A stretch of DNA of 35,957 nt from an uncultured Clostridiaceae bacterium (GTDB taxonomy: Bacteria; Bacillota; Clostridia; DUPQ01), in NCBI GenBank assembly GCA_964475455.1, contig CAYYXJ010000006.1:1-35957 (forward strand), given 5' to 3'. Below the pieces are notes generated by a model. The model was not told the DNA's origin. It saw nothing but the letters and a program-made list of their open reading frames with translations, and ran no database searches. Shown here one piece after another: positions 35,862 to 35,957 of this stretch; position 1 is the stretch's first letter; each line of letters begins with the position of its first letter. A program made the translations under genes and the position numbers.

Positions 35862-35890
35862 ATACTATAGCCCTCACTTTGAATCGTCAA
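35862..35890 (-). promoter_or_regulatory. Sigma-A-like promoter TTGACG-(15)-TATAGT / (17)-TAGTAT upstream of ORF 35264..35830
   Basis: The reverse strand reads ccTTGACGattcaaagtgagggcTATAGTATgg. It sits between the terminator hairpin and the GGGGGG RBS. Confidence 0.4.
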
Positions 35891-35919
35891 GGGAACGGAC
35901 AGTAATTAAACCCTTGAAA

Positions 35920-35949
35920 ACAAGCCGTCACCCTTGGGTTACGGCTTGT
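35920..35949 (-). terminator. Rho-independent terminator candidate for a minus-strand gene lying beyond the right window edge
   Basis: 9-bp stem ACAAGCCGT / ACGGCTTGT with a 12-nt loop, flanked by GAAAA on one side and CTTTTG on the other. It could therefore act in either direction. Confidence 0.45.
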
Positions 35950-35957
35950 CTTTTGCT

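Noticed and set aside
1-35957. Search for CRISPR arrays, tRNA/rRNA genes, IS elements, integrases, toxin-antitoxin pairs or known defence-system genes
   Set aside because: I found no spaced direct-repeat arrays, no cloverleaf-like or rRNA-like segments in the short intergenic regions, and no ORF with transposase, recombinase, nuclease or helicase motifs.

Overview
Low-GC, Clostridia-like chromosomal segment; the taxon is an inference from codon and amino-acid usage, a sortase and DUF438/DUF1858-type genes. Positions 1-22.3 kb form one long minus-strand cell-surface glycan locus. It holds 7 glycosyltransferases (1 GT2, 6 GT4), a Wzx flippase, a VanZ-like protein and a Wzy-like polytopic membrane domain fused to a TupA-type ATP-grasp amidoligase. 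It also holds an FkbM methyltransferase coupled to an MsbA/PglK-type ABC half-transporter and a GHMP sugar kinase cut by the window edge. Most strikingly, it carries six sulfotransferase-type genes: two canonical and four from a divergent core-plus-tail family arranged as two tandem pairs. One of those pairs is broken and fused by a 1-nt frame change near 21.41 kb. My best candidate for an undescribed system is therefore a heavily decorated (sulfated, methylated, possibly amino-acid-amidated) Gram-positive surface polysaccharide pathway. No priming phosphoglycosyltransferase, chain-length regulator or PAPS-supply genes lie in the window. Diverging from the locus promoter region is a three-gene module: sortase, polytopic membrane protein, and a small secreted protein. 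The last gene ends in a cell-wall-sorting-signal-like tail with a non-canonical IKHTG motif. The right third (24.8-35.9 kb) holds a Gfo/Idh/MocA oxidoreductase, an orphan dTDP-glucose 4,6-dehydratase with a TIM-barrel sugar isomerase, and a DUF1858 gene with two DUF438/PAS-type sensor paralogs. It also holds a membrane-anchored alpha/beta hydrolase, a SEC-C-motif protein, a URO-D-family protein, a second TupA-type ATP-grasp and an apparently truncated ATP-grasp fragment. I saw no rRNA, tRNA, CRISPR array, transposase or integrase. All promoter and terminator calls are motif-only predictions made by eye.
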